Positions 18,194 to 27,322 are shown, counted from the first letter of the stretch. The stretch: 64,000 nucleotides of DNA from Thermoplasmatota archaeon (GCA_038046725.1 JBBSVQ010000007.1:18409-82408); one strand, 5' to 3'. Numbers and translations: made by a program. The notes: generated by a model from the sequence alone, not told the origin.

Positions 18194-19096
18194 CTATTCG
18201 CGCGGAAGGTTCTCGCCCGGGTGCTTCGGGTCGCCCTGGGACACGGGCTCGCCGCCATGCTTCGGGTCGGCGATGTCCTTCTCCATGGCGGCGTGTACGC
18301 CGGGGTGGCTCTTGGGGACCTTGAAGACGAGCTTGACGAGCACGGGCACCGCGAACAGGGACAGCGTGATGGCGATTTTCACGGCCTTTTCGACGTGGAA
18401 GAGCACGTGTGGCGCCCCCGCGGCCTCCGGGTTGGCGACCAATTGCAGGCCGTGGACGACGGACACATGCTCGCCGACCATCAGGGCGCCGACGAAGCCG
18501 ACGGCGACGAAGGCCATGTGTTCGAGCAAGGGAAGCCAGTCCATCAGGCGCCCGATGACGGGGGCCAGCAGGCGCAGGCTGAGCAGGCCGAGCGAGGCGG
18601 CGATGACGATGAGGACCGTGGAGTGCCTGAGGGTGAAGCCGGCGACGGTGCTCGTGTCGCTGACGTCGCGCACGAAGCCGACCGCGGCCACGACCTGGTC
18701 GAGGGCGAAGACGAGGTCGATGATTCCGATCTCGACGACGACGGCCGCGAAGGCGGACAAGCCCAGGAAGGCCAGGAGCGGCTTCTTCTCGTGGGCCAGG
18801 TGCTCGTCGCCCTTGCGCTTGAGGGCAACAAAGTGCTTGACCCCGGTGAACAGCAGGTAGGCTCCGCCCAGCACGATGAAGAGCGCGTTCTGGACCAGGA
18901 CTGCGGCGGCTAGGATGGCGCCGATGCGCAGCACGTAGGCGATGGCCAGACCGTAGTTCAGGGCCCGACGCCGCAGGGCCGGGTCGTGCATGCGGCGCGA
19001 CAGCACGGTGAGCATCGCGGCGTTGTCGAAGGACAGCACGGCCTCAAGCAGAATCAGGACAAGGATGATCAGCGCGTAGCCGGCGAGGTCCGCCAT
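18194..19096 (-). CDS. TerC-family integral membrane protein (paralogue 1)
   Basis: LLEAVLSFDNAAML and second DxV(F/A)A(L/I)D motif (IIDLVFALDQVV). 300 aa. Confidence 0.9.
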   Translation of the reverse strand: MADLAGYALIILVLILLEAVLSFDNAAMLTVLSRRMHDPALRRRALNYGLAIAYVLRIGAILAAAVLVQNALFIVLGGAYLLFTGVKHFVALKRKGDEHLAHEKKPLLAFLGLSAFAAVVVEIGIIDLVFALDQVVAAVGFVRDVSDTSTVAGFTLRHSTVLIVIAASLGLLSLRLLAPVIGRLMDWLPLLEHMAFVAVGFVGALMVGEHVSVVHGLQLVANPEAAGAPHVLFHVEKAVKIAITLSLFAVPVLVKLVFKVPKSHPGVHAAMEKDIADPKHGGEPVSQGDPKHPGENLPRE

Positions 19097-19147
19097 CGCG
19101 CCGCCGACGAATTGGCGCGCTTAAGCCTGTGGAAGGGGTGCGGCAGC

Positions 19148-20020
19148 TCAGTGCGGTGGGGGGTCGCGTGGGCGCGGCGGCTGGCGCACGCCGTCAATGT
19201 CGCGCGGCGCGTCCTTGACGTCCTTGTTCGCCGCCGCCAGCTTGACCGCGTCGACGGGCGGCTTGGGGGGGTCGGAGTTCGTGGCGGCCACGTGCATCCC
19301 GGCCGGGGTGCTCTTTGGCCAACCGAAAGCCAGCTTGACGAGGACGGGCACCACGAAGAGCAGCATCGTGACGGCGACGCTGATCGGCGTCGGGATGTGC
19401 ACGCCGTGGCCGTGGTTGATGAACTCCACCGGATAGAGCAAGACCAGCTTCATGCCGACGTACGTGACGGCGACATACGCCATGTGCTCGAGCAGTGGCA
19501 GCCAGTCCATCACACGGGCAATCATGGCAGCGGCGAGGCGCAGGAACAGGATGCCGACGAAGCTCGCGATGACGATGAGCCAGATTTTGGGTGTGAAGGC
19601 AACGGCGACGATGACCTGGTCGATGGCGAAGGCCAAGTCGATGAGCTCGATCTGGATGACGATGGCCACGAGCGCCGGGATGCCCATCCGGGTGAACATG
19701 TCCGTGTGCATCTCGTGCTCTTTGTGCGAGTGCTGCTTGTGCCGCAGCATGCCGTAGAAATGCTTCGCACCAATGAAGATGAGGTAGCCGCCGCCGACCA
19801 CCTTCAGGATGGGGTTGGCGATGAGGAACGATGCGAGCAGGATGGCGGCGAAGCGCAGGGTGTACGCGCCGACCAGGCCGTACAGGAGTGCCTTCTTTCG
19901 GTCGCGCATGGGCAATTTGCGCACCATGGCCGCAAGCACCGCCGCGTTGTCGAAGGACAACACGGCCTCCAGCAGGAGCAGGGTCAGGACGATGGCCGCG
20001 TCTTCGAGGAAGACGTCCAT
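19148..20020 (-). CDS. TerC-family integral membrane protein (paralogue 2)
   Basis: LLEAVLSFDNAAVL, LIDLAFAIDQVI. ATG at 20020, 9 nt after the queC stop. Confidence 0.9.
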   Translation of the reverse strand: MDVFLEDAAIVLTLLLLEAVLSFDNAAVLAAMVRKLPMRDRKKALLYGLVGAYTLRFAAILLASFLIANPILKVVGGGYLIFIGAKHFYGMLRHKQHSHKEHEMHTDMFTRMGIPALVAIVIQIELIDLAFAIDQVIVAVAFTPKIWLIVIASFVGILFLRLAAAMIARVMDWLPLLEHMAYVAVTYVGMKLVLLYPVEFINHGHGVHIPTPISVAVTMLLFVVPVLVKLAFGWPKSTPAGMHVAATNSDPPKPPVDAVKLAAANKDVKDAPRDIDGVRQPPRPRDPPPH

Positions 20021-20029
20021 GAACGCCAC

Positions 20030-20740
20030 CTAGGCCACGCTCCGCACAGGGTCCACGACGCCTGCTGCCTCGAAACCCTTCCGACGGAGCACGCAGGACT
20101 CACAGGTCCCGCAGGCACGGGCGCCGCCCCGGTAGCAGCTCCAGGTCAATTCCAGGGGGGCTTTCAGGCGCATGCCGAGGCGCACGATGTCGGCCTTGGA
20201 CAGGTCGACCAAGGGGGCGAGGATACGCAGCGGCTTGCCCTCGACGCCAGCCTTGGTCGCAAGGTTCGCCATGGTCTCGAAGGCGGTCAGGTACTCGGGC
20301 CGGCAGTCGGGGTAGCCGGAGTAGTCGAGGGCGTTGGCGCCGATGACGATGGCGCGGGCCCCGACGACTTCGGCGTACGCGAGGGCCAAGGACAGGAAGA
20401 CGGTGTTGCGCGCTGGGACGTAGGTCGAGGGGATGCGGTCCCCGATGGTCTTGCCCGCCTTGGGAACGGCGATGGACTTGTCCGTCAACGCAGAGCCACC
20501 CAGGGCGCCGATGGGCACCTTCAGGACCCGGTGTTCGACGACGCCGAGCGCCTTGGCGACCTTGCGGGCGCTGGCGAGTTCGCGGCGGTGACGTTGCCCG
20601 TAGTCGAAGGAGACCGCGTACAGGTCATGCCCCTCGGCCTTGGCCCAGGCAGCGGCCGTCGTCGAATCGAGGCCACCCGAGAGCAAGACGACCGCACGCG
20701 GCTTGCCGCCAGATGGACGGCTGCGACGCGCGGCGAGCAC
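20030..20740 (-). CDS. queC: 7-cyano-7-deazaguanine synthase QueC
   Basis: [14 protein letters not shown]-loop, FDYGQRH, C-terminal CxxCxxC zinc motif ([10 protein letters not shown]). GTG at 20740 avoids overlap with queD. Confidence 0.9.
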   Translation of the reverse strand: MLAARRSRPSGGKPRAVVLLSGGLDSTTAAAWAKAEGHDLYAVSFDYGQRHRRELASARKVAKALGVVEHRVLKVPIGALGGSALTDKSIAVPKAGKTIGDRIPSTYVPARNTVFLSLALAYAEVVGARAIVIGANALDYSGYPDCRPEYLTAFETMANLATKAGVEGKPLRILAPLVDLSKADIVRLGMRLKAPLELTWSCYRGGARACGTCESCVLRRKGFEAAGVVDPVRSVA

Positions 20741-20828
20741 ACCTTGGCCACGGGTCGGGACTTGAAAACCCCCGCCCCGCGAAATCGACGGGGCCCCGTC
20801 CAGGCGCCCCGTCCCGTCACCTGTTGGG

Positions 20829-21425
20829 TCAGCGCTTCTTTGCGGCTGGCCCTTTTGCCGCCGCGGCCCTGGGCTTCGCCGGCGCTTGGTCGGGTTCGTG
20901 GTCCCCGCCACCCGAGGTCATGCGGACGCCCTTGTGGTCGGAGAACCAGGCGCCCTTGCCGTAGCCCTCGTCCACGCCGACTTCGACGAACGCGGTGTCC
21001 GTCGTGAACTTCGTGCGCCGCATGAATTCGCGGTACACGTACTTCGCCAGGTCCTCCGCCGTCGTGGACGGGATGGGCAGAAGCGCGCAGTCTTGACGAG
21101 GGAAGCTGAACTCCTTCGGCTCACCCGTGTAGGGGTCGGTGACGCGGAACTCGACGACCTTCTTCGTGACCTTGAGGTCGGAGTAGTGGTTGCTGCCCGT
21201 CGGGACCAGGACCAGGTGGTCGATCTCGTCGCCGATTGCCTTCAGGGTATCCGTGATGACGCCGAAGTCGAGCACGATGCCCCACTCGTCCTGGTCGCCG
21301 CGCATGCGCAAATGGATGGCGTAGGTGTGTCCGTGCAGGCGGCCGCACTTCTTGTGCTCGGGGGTGATGTGGGCGCTGCTGAAGCGCAGGCCCTTGCGCC
21401 AGCCGTCGATTTTCAGTTCCAGCAT
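20829..21425 (-). CDS. queD: 6-carboxy-5,6,7,8-tetrahydropterin synthase QueD-like (PTPS family)
   Basis: FSSAHI...CGRLHGHTY zinc/catalytic motif. Basic Ala/Lys/Pro tail at the C-terminus. Confidence 0.85.
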   Translation of the reverse strand: MLELKIDGWRKGLRFSSAHITPEHKKCGRLHGHTYAIHLRMRGDQDEWGIVLDFGVITDTLKAIGDEIDHLVLVPTGSNHYSDLKVTKKVVEFRVTDPYTGEPKEFSFPRQDCALLPIPSTTAEDLAKYVYREFMRRTKFTTDTAFVEVGVDEGYGKGAWFSDHKGVRMTSGGGDHEPDQAPAKPRAAAAKGPAAKKR

Positions 21426-21451
21426 CGGACGTGCCGACCCCCGCCTGCGCA

Positions 21452-21766
21452 ATGGCCTTTTCCCTGTCGGCTCGATGGTGCCCCGTGAACGACGGCTGCC
21501 TTGCCTTGGACGCGTGGCTGCTCGCCGCGGGCGCCGTCGGCGTCGTTGTGGTCGTCGCGGACAAGCGCCGCGCTCGGACTGGCCGCCGGCGGGTCCCGGA
21601 ATTGGTCTTCCATGCCCTCGGGTTGCTTGGCTCCTACGGTGTCATCCTGGCCATGTGGCTCGTTCGGCACAAAACTCGCAAGCCGCGCTTCCTGGTCCCC
21701 TTCATGGCCGCGAACGTGCTGAGCCTGGCGTGGGTCATCGCCTTGGGCATCCGTCTGAATTGCTGA
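21452..21766 (+). CDS. DUF1294 membrane protein
   Basis: RRVPELVFHALGLLGSYGVILAMWLVRHKTRKPRF matches the DUF1294 core. Confidence 0.7.
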   Translation: MAFSLSARWCPVNDGCLALDAWLLAAGAVGVVVVVADKRRARTGRRRVPELVFHALGLLGSYGVILAMWLVRHKTRKPRFLVPFMAANVLSLAWVIALGIRLNC

Positions 21767-21834
21767 GGCCAACGGCCGTCCGAGTTCACAGGGCCCCCCG
21801 CAGAAGGAAAACCCTGGGCAACGATTCGTCGAGC

Positions 21835-22071
21835 ATGGACCCCCAGATCCTCACCGTGCTCGTCGCTCTCCTCGGAACCGTAGCGGGTTCACTCGGCACT
21901 TGGATGGTGTCACGCTACCGGGACCGAGAACGCGATGCCAGCCAGGCGGACCAGACACTGCGGGACAAGGTTCATCAGCTTGAGATTCGCATTGTGAAGC
22001 TTGAGGTCGAGAACAATGCCTTCATCGCCGTCGGCCGCCACGAAGCCGAACGAGGTGGCCCTGATGCTTGA
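21835..22071 (+). CDS. Hypothetical small TM plus coiled-coil protein
   Basis: Internal ATG of ORF 21325-22071. N-terminal TM (ILTVLVALLGTVAGSLGTWMV) then a heptad-like stretch (LRDKVHQLEIRIVKLEVEN). Lower GC. Confidence 0.4.
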   Translation: MDPQILTVLVALLGTVAGSLGTWMVSRYRDRERDASQADQTLRDKVHQLEIRIVKLEVENNAFIAVGRHEAERGGPDA

Positions 22072-22291
22072 CGTCCTGGCAATGGAGCGGCTCCGCCAGC
22101 TTGCAGGCAGCGCCGGTCGCGGGACCATCAAGCCCGACGAAAAAGGCGAGGTGCGCTCCATCCTGGCACGAGCCGCTCCCGCGGCCCAGGACCTAGCCTG
22201 GCCCGACGTCCTGCAAGTCGCGTACATGTTCTTGGGTGTCTATTCCATCGGGCGGCTGGCCGCCGAGACGGCTGCGGCGGACGCTTCATAG
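22064..22291 (+). CDS. Hypothetical small protein, coupled to the preceding ORF
   Basis: ATG at 22064 overlaps the upstream stop (22069-22071) by 8 nt. 75 aa. Confidence 0.3.
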   Translation: MLDVLAMERLRQLAGSAGRGTIKPDEKGEVRSILARAAPAAQDLAWPDVLQVAYMFLGVYSIGRLAAETAAADAS

Positions 22292-22313
22292 CCGACCCTT
22301 CCGTGGCGCAAGC

Positions 22314-23255
22314 ATGCCCAAGACCGTCAAGACGCCGGCCAAGGGGAACGCCAGCAAGGCCGAGACGGACTCGCCGGACGTGCAGGCCGCCCTCGCCCCA
22401 CGCCCTTACCGGCTGACGCGCGTCGGCGTCCGCGGCGTCAAGAAACCCGTTACCGTCCACCGCCCTGGTCACAAGCCGACGGGCGTCGTGGCGCGCTTCG
22501 ACCTTTTCGTGGACCTTCCCAAGACGCAGAAGGGCACGCACATGAGCCGCAACCTCGAGGCCCTCGCCGACATCCTCGACGAAGAAGTCGCCACCGAGTC
22601 GCCGAGCCTGGAGAACCTGTGTCGCCGCCTCGCGCTGCGCCTGCTCGACAAACACGACTACGCCAGCCACGCGCACGTCAAGGCCGACGCCGACTACTTC
22701 CTGACGCGCACGAATCCCGGCGGCAAGCCCAGCGTCGAAGCGTACCGCCTGCTTGCGGAGGCCGAGGCGTTCCGCGGCAAAGGCAAGGCCAAGCCCGCAA
22801 CCACGCGTCGCATCGGCGTCGAGGTCGTCGGCATGTCGGCCTGCCCGTGCGCCATGGAGACCGTGCGCCACAAACTCGCCAAGCAAGGCAAGAACGTGCC
22901 CGCCGACCTGCCCTTCATCACGCACAACCAGCGCAACCGCGTCACCCTGCGCCTGGACTTGCCGGGCGACGCCGACGTCGAGGCCGCCGACCTCGTGACC
23001 CTGTGCGAATCTGGCTTGAGCGCCCCCACGTTCGAGTTGCTCAAGCGCGGCGACGAAGGCGACCTCGTTCTGCAGGCCCACCACAACCCGCGCTTCGTCG
23101 AGGACGTCGTGCGCGAAGTCCTGCACAAGGCCGCGGCGCACTACAAGTCGCTTGGGCCCACGGCCGCCCTGTTCGTATCCTCCGAGGCGGAGGAGTCCAT
23201 CCACAAGCACAACGCGTACGCGGAACGCCACACGACCCTGGGTGACTTGATTTGA
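22314..23255 (+). CDS. GTP cyclohydrolase, FolE2/MptA family (type IB / archaeal)
   Basis: KGTHMSRN motif and MSACPCA metal-binding motif. Divergent from the queD-queC-queE operon. Confidence 0.85.
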   Translation: MPKTVKTPAKGNASKAETDSPDVQAALAPRPYRLTRVGVRGVKKPVTVHRPGHKPTGVVARFDLFVDLPKTQKGTHMSRNLEALADILDEEVATESPSLENLCRRLALRLLDKHDYASHAHVKADADYFLTRTNPGGKPSVEAYRLLAEAEAFRGKGKAKPATTRRIGVEVVGMSACPCAMETVRHKLAKQGKNVPADLPFITHNQRNRVTLRLDLPGDADVEAADLVTLCESGLSAPTFELLKRGDEGDLVLQAHHNPRFVEDVVREVLHKAAAHYKSLGPTAALFVSSEAEESIHKHNAYAERHTTLGDLI

Positions 23256-23259
23256 CGAA

Positions 23260-23922
23260 ATGCCGCGTTGGATTCGCCGAATTGGCGGTGCCTTGATGGC
23301 CAAGGCCACACGCACGTCGCGCCCATCCGGCAAATCCCCCGGCCAATCCGGCGAATCAAGGTTCACCGTCTTCCTCGACCGCGACGGCGTCTTCAACGTC
23401 AACCCCCGGCTCGGCGTGCGCCTCTACCGCAACCTCAAGTGGCTTCCCGGGACCCGCGAGGCCTTTGCTCGGCTCAACCAGCCGCACGTCCAGACCAGCC
23501 TCGCCACCAACCAGCCGTGGGTTGGCCTGCTCACCGCGACGCCCGGGATGATGCGCCGGCTGCACGAACGGTTCAAGGCCGAACTCGAGGCGTACGGCGG
23601 CCGGCTGGACCACATCGAGATGGCGTTCGCGCCGCCCCTGATTGGCAACCGCCGCAACAAGCCCCGCCCGGGCATGCTCGAGGACGGCGCCGCCGCGTTC
23701 GCTTCCGAGGGCCGCTTCGTCGACAAGCGCCGCGCCGTCATGGTCGGCGACAAACTGAAGGACGCGCAAGCCGCGGCCGCCTTCGGCATTCCAGCCATCC
23801 TGTTGGCAACCACGTCGGACGCGGCGAGCCTTGAGGACAGCGCCCGTCGCCACAACGTGCCGTATGCGGCCATCGTGCCGGACCTCGCGGCCGCAGTGGA
23901 CCTCATCCTGTCGTGGGCCTGA
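23260..23922 (+). CDS. HAD-IIIA phosphatase (GmhB/histidinol-phosphatase-like)
   Basis: FLDRDGV motif I, TNQ motif II, KPRPGM, MVGDKLKD motif. Confidence 0.75.
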   Translation: MPRWIRRIGGALMAKATRTSRPSGKSPGQSGESRFTVFLDRDGVFNVNPRLGVRLYRNLKWLPGTREAFARLNQPHVQTSLATNQPWVGLLTATPGMMRRLHERFKAELEAYGGRLDHIEMAFAPPLIGNRRNKPRPGMLEDGAAAFASEGRFVDKRRAVMVGDKLKDAQAAAAFGIPAILLATTSDAASLEDSARRHNVPYAAIVPDLAAAVDLILSWA

Positions 23923-23986
23923 ACCGACGCCGAAGTCCCGGCGCGCGGTTCCAACACGTTCATGATGGCGGGCCCGCGTCGGGACG

Positions 23987-24640
23987 TTGGTGGCCCCTTT
24001 GGCGTTCATCCGCTGTCCCCAATGCAAGACGACGATCGAGAAGCCCGCGACGGGGAAGCCCGTCTGCCCGAACTGCGGCTTCGGAGCGCCCAAGACCGCC
24101 AAGAAGACGACAAAGACCGCGTCCGCCCCGGCCCCGATGGCCGCCCCGGCGACGTGGACCCCTGCCCCCGTGACCCCAGCCTTCTCGTCCCCCGGTGAGG
24201 GCATGATGCCGATGCAGAGGAACTCGGGCAAGGCCGTGACGGCCATGATTCTCGGCATCGTGGCCTGCTGCATCGGATTCGTCCCCTTCATCGGCGGCTT
24301 CCTTGCCCTTCCCTGTGGCATCGCCGCCCTGATTCTCGGCATCCTCGGCGTGAAGGAATGCAACCGCGACCCGGCCACCTTCAAGGGCAAGGGCATGGCA
24401 GTCACGGGCATCGTCCTCGGCTGCATCATGATCGTCCTCGGCATCGTCCTGCTCATCCTCGTCACGGTGGGCCTCGAAGCCCTCGAGGACGCCGTCTGCG
24501 AGGACGACCCCAACAGCGACGCATGCAAGAGCCTGCGCGACCGCTCTGCCATGGTGCCCCCGTCCACGATGGCCGTCACCAGCGACCGCCTGTGGGTCGC
24601 GGGCTTCGCGGCCCCAGGCAACCGGCCTGTTCCCGCATGA
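23987..24640 (+). CDS. Zinc-ribbon plus DUF4190 membrane protein
   Basis: CPQC...CPNC ribbon at the N-terminus. DUF4190-like double helix (AMILGIVACCIGFVPFIGGFLALPCGIAALILGILG). Confidence 0.7.
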   Translation: MVAPLAFIRCPQCKTTIEKPATGKPVCPNCGFGAPKTAKKTTKTASAPAPMAAPATWTPAPVTPAFSSPGEGMMPMQRNSGKAVTAMILGIVACCIGFVPFIGGFLALPCGIAALILGILGVKECNRDPATFKGKGMAVTGIVLGCIMIVLGIVLLILVTVGLEALEDAVCEDDPNSDACKSLRDRSAMVPPSTMAVTSDRLWVAGFAAPGNRPVPA

Positions 24641-25155
24641 GGGACGAGGCGCGCGTCGCCGTCCGCCTGCTGCTGCAGCACCATCCGCTATGCGGGTGGT
24701 TCGCCTCGGACCGCATTCGCATCGGCCCGCTCACGGTGTGCTCGGGCTGCCTCGCAGCTGCCCCCGCAGCATGTGTCGGGCTCGCCGTCGGGCTCGTGCT
24801 TGCCATCAAGGGCACGCCAGCCGAAGCCGTGGTGGCCGGCGGCCTGGTGTTTGGTTTGCCGCAGCTCACGACTTACCTGCACCGCGGCACGCGCGGCTGG
24901 CGGTTCGCCGTCAAGCTGCTGGGCGGCTTCGGGCTTGGAGCCCTGCTTGGCGGCGCGCTCTTCCTGCCTGTGTCCAATGCCTGGCTGGTCGGCGGCGCGG
25001 TGTTGCTGGCCGCCACGTTCGTTGGCCTGCAAGCCGTGCGCGTCCGATCCATCCTGGCCACCTGCGACGCCTGCCCTTACCGGCGGGACTGGGACGCCTG
25101 CCCCGGCTTCCGCGTGACCCCGCCGCAACCTGCCTCCGGCAGCGCGGAGCCCTGA
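24637..25155 (+). CDS. Cys-rich multi-pass membrane protein, function unknown
   Basis: ATGA overlap with the upstream gene. HHPLCGW...CSGC at the N-terminus and CDACPYRRDWDACPGF at the C-terminus flank four TM helices. Confidence 0.55.
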   Translation: MRDEARVAVRLLLQHHPLCGWFASDRIRIGPLTVCSGCLAAAPAACVGLAVGLVLAIKGTPAEAVVAGGLVFGLPQLTTYLHRGTRGWRFAVKLLGGFGLGALLGGALFLPVSNAWLVGGAVLLAATFVGLQAVRVRSILATCDACPYRRDWDACPGFRVTPPQPASGSAEP

Positions 25156-25233
25156 GCGCGCTGCGCGCCTGCCACCCGGCCTGGCGTCCGCTTGCCAAGC
25201 CCCTTAAGCCGGCCAACGATACGTCGAGGCGAA

Positions 25234-26199
25234 ATGCGGGTCCTGCACATCGAGGATGATGCGGCGGAGGCCCAACAACTGCGCGACGCCCTGCGCAGCG
25301 GGCCCATGCCCTCGCGCTACGACCCCGTCCGCGTGGAGACGCTCGCGGCCGGCCTCGAATCCTTGCGCAAGGGCAAGTTCGACGTCGTCGTCACCGACCT
25401 CGGCCTGGCGGATTCGCAAGGCCTGGCGACGTACCGCGCCATCCGGGCGGCGTATCCCCACGTGCCAACCGTGGTTCTCGGTGGGCCCGACGACGAGTCC
25501 ATGGCGCTGCAGGCCCTGCGTGAAGGCGCGCACGACTACCTCGTCAAGGGCGCCTACGCCAGTGGCGAGCTCACGCGCGTGCTGCGGCACAGCATCGCGC
25601 GTGCCAGCATCCAGACGCAACTGCGCGACGAGCGCCGGCGGCTGAAGAAGCCGGAGCGGCCGGGCCGCATCCGCCTCGTGCACGTCCAGCCGGACGAGCA
25701 CCAGGCCGCCGTCGCCGCCCACCTGCGCCGCATCGAATCGCAGGGGGCGCTCATCGTCCTGGCCTGCTTCGAACGCGGCCACGAGGCCGTGCGGGCGCAA
25801 CTGCACCACGACCACGTCAAGACGTCCGCCGTGGTCTTCGTGGACGCCAGCGGCCTCGCCGCCGTCGGAGCCGCGCCGGCCGGCGTCGTCATGGCAGGCT
25901 CCTCCGCCCACCTTGACACCGTGGCGCTGCGCCTCGAGCAGGCCTGCGGCCGCCTTGGTCTGCAGACGCACGTCGTCATCGACGCACTCAACCCCATCCT
26001 GCGCCAGACGGACGCCCGGCAGACGCTGCACTTCATGCACCTCGTCGCCGGCCGCATCCGCGCCCTCGGCATTGGCCTCGACTTCATCGTGGCCGACGAC
26101 GCCGTGGGGCGCGGCCTGTCCGCTGCGGTGCAGGACATCGTGGACACCGTCCTCGGGGCCTGGCCGGCGCCGCGCGGGCCCGGACCTAGCACGGCTTGA
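25234..26199 (+). CDS. Response-regulator receiver domain fused to a P-loop-less KaiC/RecA-like domain
   Basis: MRVLHIEDD...VVVTDLGLADS...YLVKG is CheY-like REC. The C-terminal 190 aa are colinear with ORF 51395-51934 (FVDA, V(V/M)I(D/L)(A/S)L, DF(I/V)V). Confidence 0.75.
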   Translation: MRVLHIEDDAAEAQQLRDALRSGPMPSRYDPVRVETLAAGLESLRKGKFDVVVTDLGLADSQGLATYRAIRAAYPHVPTVVLGGPDDESMALQALREGAHDYLVKGAYASGELTRVLRHSIARASIQTQLRDERRRLKKPERPGRIRLVHVQPDEHQAAVAAHLRRIESQGALIVLACFERGHEAVRAQLHHDHVKTSAVVFVDASGLAAVGAAPAGVVMAGSSAHLDTVALRLEQACGRLGLQTHVVIDALNPILRQTDARQTLHFMHLVAGRIRALGIGLDFIVADDAVGRGLSAAVQDIVDTVLGAWPAPRGPGPSTA

Positions 26200-26300
26200 C
26201 CCGGGCGGGCCGCAAGGTCCGTTGGCAACGGCTAAGACCCGGCGGTGGGCTCGACGCTAGGGATGCACATGGTCGCCAAGCGAGCCGGAGGCTGGACCTG

Positions 26301-27008
26301 ATGGACGTCATGGACGCGGGCGTGTACGTCAGCAAGTGGGAGGCGGCCGTTCCCAAGCACACCAAGATGACGCTGTGGGGCCCGCTGCAGGCCAAGGAAA
26401 TGGGCCTGGACGGATGGGAGGTGCAGGACGGCGGCGAGACTGGCTTCGTCATGCACAACCCCGGCGTGCGCCTGACGATGGGGCGCGCCACATCCACGTT
26501 GATCTTCGTGCGCCGCCTCGAGCGTGCCTTCCTCACCGTGTACTTCGGCGGCTACCCCACCGATGCACCGGGGCCGCAGCGCAAGCTCGACATGCAGAAG
26601 GTCGTGGGCGCCTGCGAAATCTTCCTCGCCAAGCTCGCCAAGGACCGGGTGCGCTTCGAGTTCCAGGGCGAGATTGCCCTCGTCGACAACTCGGACGACG
26701 CGACCGCCGTGCGCGGAGGGGCCCGGGCGCCGTCGAAGGCCATCGGCGGCGGCAAGCTGTCCAAGTCCGGCGACATCATCGACGCGGACGAGGAGCTCGC
26801 CAAGAAGGCAGGCTATGTCTCCGTCACGGAGAGCAAGAAGACCAAGAAAGCCACCGGCCGCAGCGACGAACCCGAGGCCGAACACGTCGACGGCGCGCCA
26901 TCGTGGGTGCGCGTGCCCAAATCCGCCAAGGGCGGCAAAGTCATCGACGCCGACGTCGTGGCGAAGAAGACGTCGGGCAAGGACAAGAACGAAGTGTGGG
27001 AAGTCTAG
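26301..27008 (+). CDS. Hypothetical protein with Lys-rich repeated C-terminus
   Basis: Internal ATG of ORF 26196-27008. The C-terminal half repeats GGGKLSKSGDIIDADEELAKKAG / KGGKVIDADVVAKKTSG. No family recognised. Confidence 0.45.
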   Translation: MDVMDAGVYVSKWEAAVPKHTKMTLWGPLQAKEMGLDGWEVQDGGETGFVMHNPGVRLTMGRATSTLIFVRRLERAFLTVYFGGYPTDAPGPQRKLDMQKVVGACEIFLAKLAKDRVRFEFQGEIALVDNSDDATAVRGGARAPSKAIGGGKLSKSGDIIDADEELAKKAGYVSVTESKKTKKATGRSDEPEAEHVDGAPSWVRVPKSAKGGKVIDADVVAKKTSGKDKNEVWEV

Positions 27009-27071
27009 GGAAGCCTCGCGGACTTCATGGGAACGGGCCGGCGCGGGCGCCCAAGCGACCAACCGGCTTGC

Positions 27072-27191
27072 AACCTCCTCGCCAACGCCGTGACGTTCAC
27101 GCCGGCGGGAAAGGCCGTGCATGTGCGCTCCGTGCGGGCGTCCGGCGGCGTCGCCGTGTTCATCCAGGACGAGGGCATCGGCATCAGCTAG
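27072..27191 (+). pseudogene. Histidine-kinase HATPase_c remnant (N-box to G1-box only)
   Basis: Translates to NLLANAVTFTPAGKAVHVRSVRASGGVAVFIQDEGIGIS-stop. No DHp/H-box upstream and no G2 box downstream. Confidence 0.5.
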
Positions 27192-27254
27192 ACGCTGTCG
27201 AGCCGCGCTGGCATCCCAGCGTTTCCAGACCCCTGTTTCGCGTGGACTAACGGC

Positions 27255-27284
27255 TTTATAGGGGGTCGGTGTCGGCGACTAGCC
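27255..27284 (+). promoter_or_regulatory. Putative TATA-box promoter of the L1-P0-P1 operon
   Basis: tttatagggggtcggtgtcggcgact lies about 40-70 nt upstream of the L1 start. It is nearly the same extended motif as the two rRNA-leader elements at 39386 and 39523. Confidence 0.45.
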
Positions 27285-27322
27285 GGCAGGAGACGGGTTT
27301 CCCGTCGCACGCACTGCCCTAG

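Noticed and set aside
26301-27191. Possible TAG read-through (pyrrolysine-style) joining ORF 26301-27008 to the in-frame kinase fragment
   Set aside because: TAG is used as an ordinary stop by conserved genes in this window (rps6e at 2426-2428, acyl-CoA synthetase at 11662-11664). The upstream protein also has no DHp/H-box that would make a sensible kinase.
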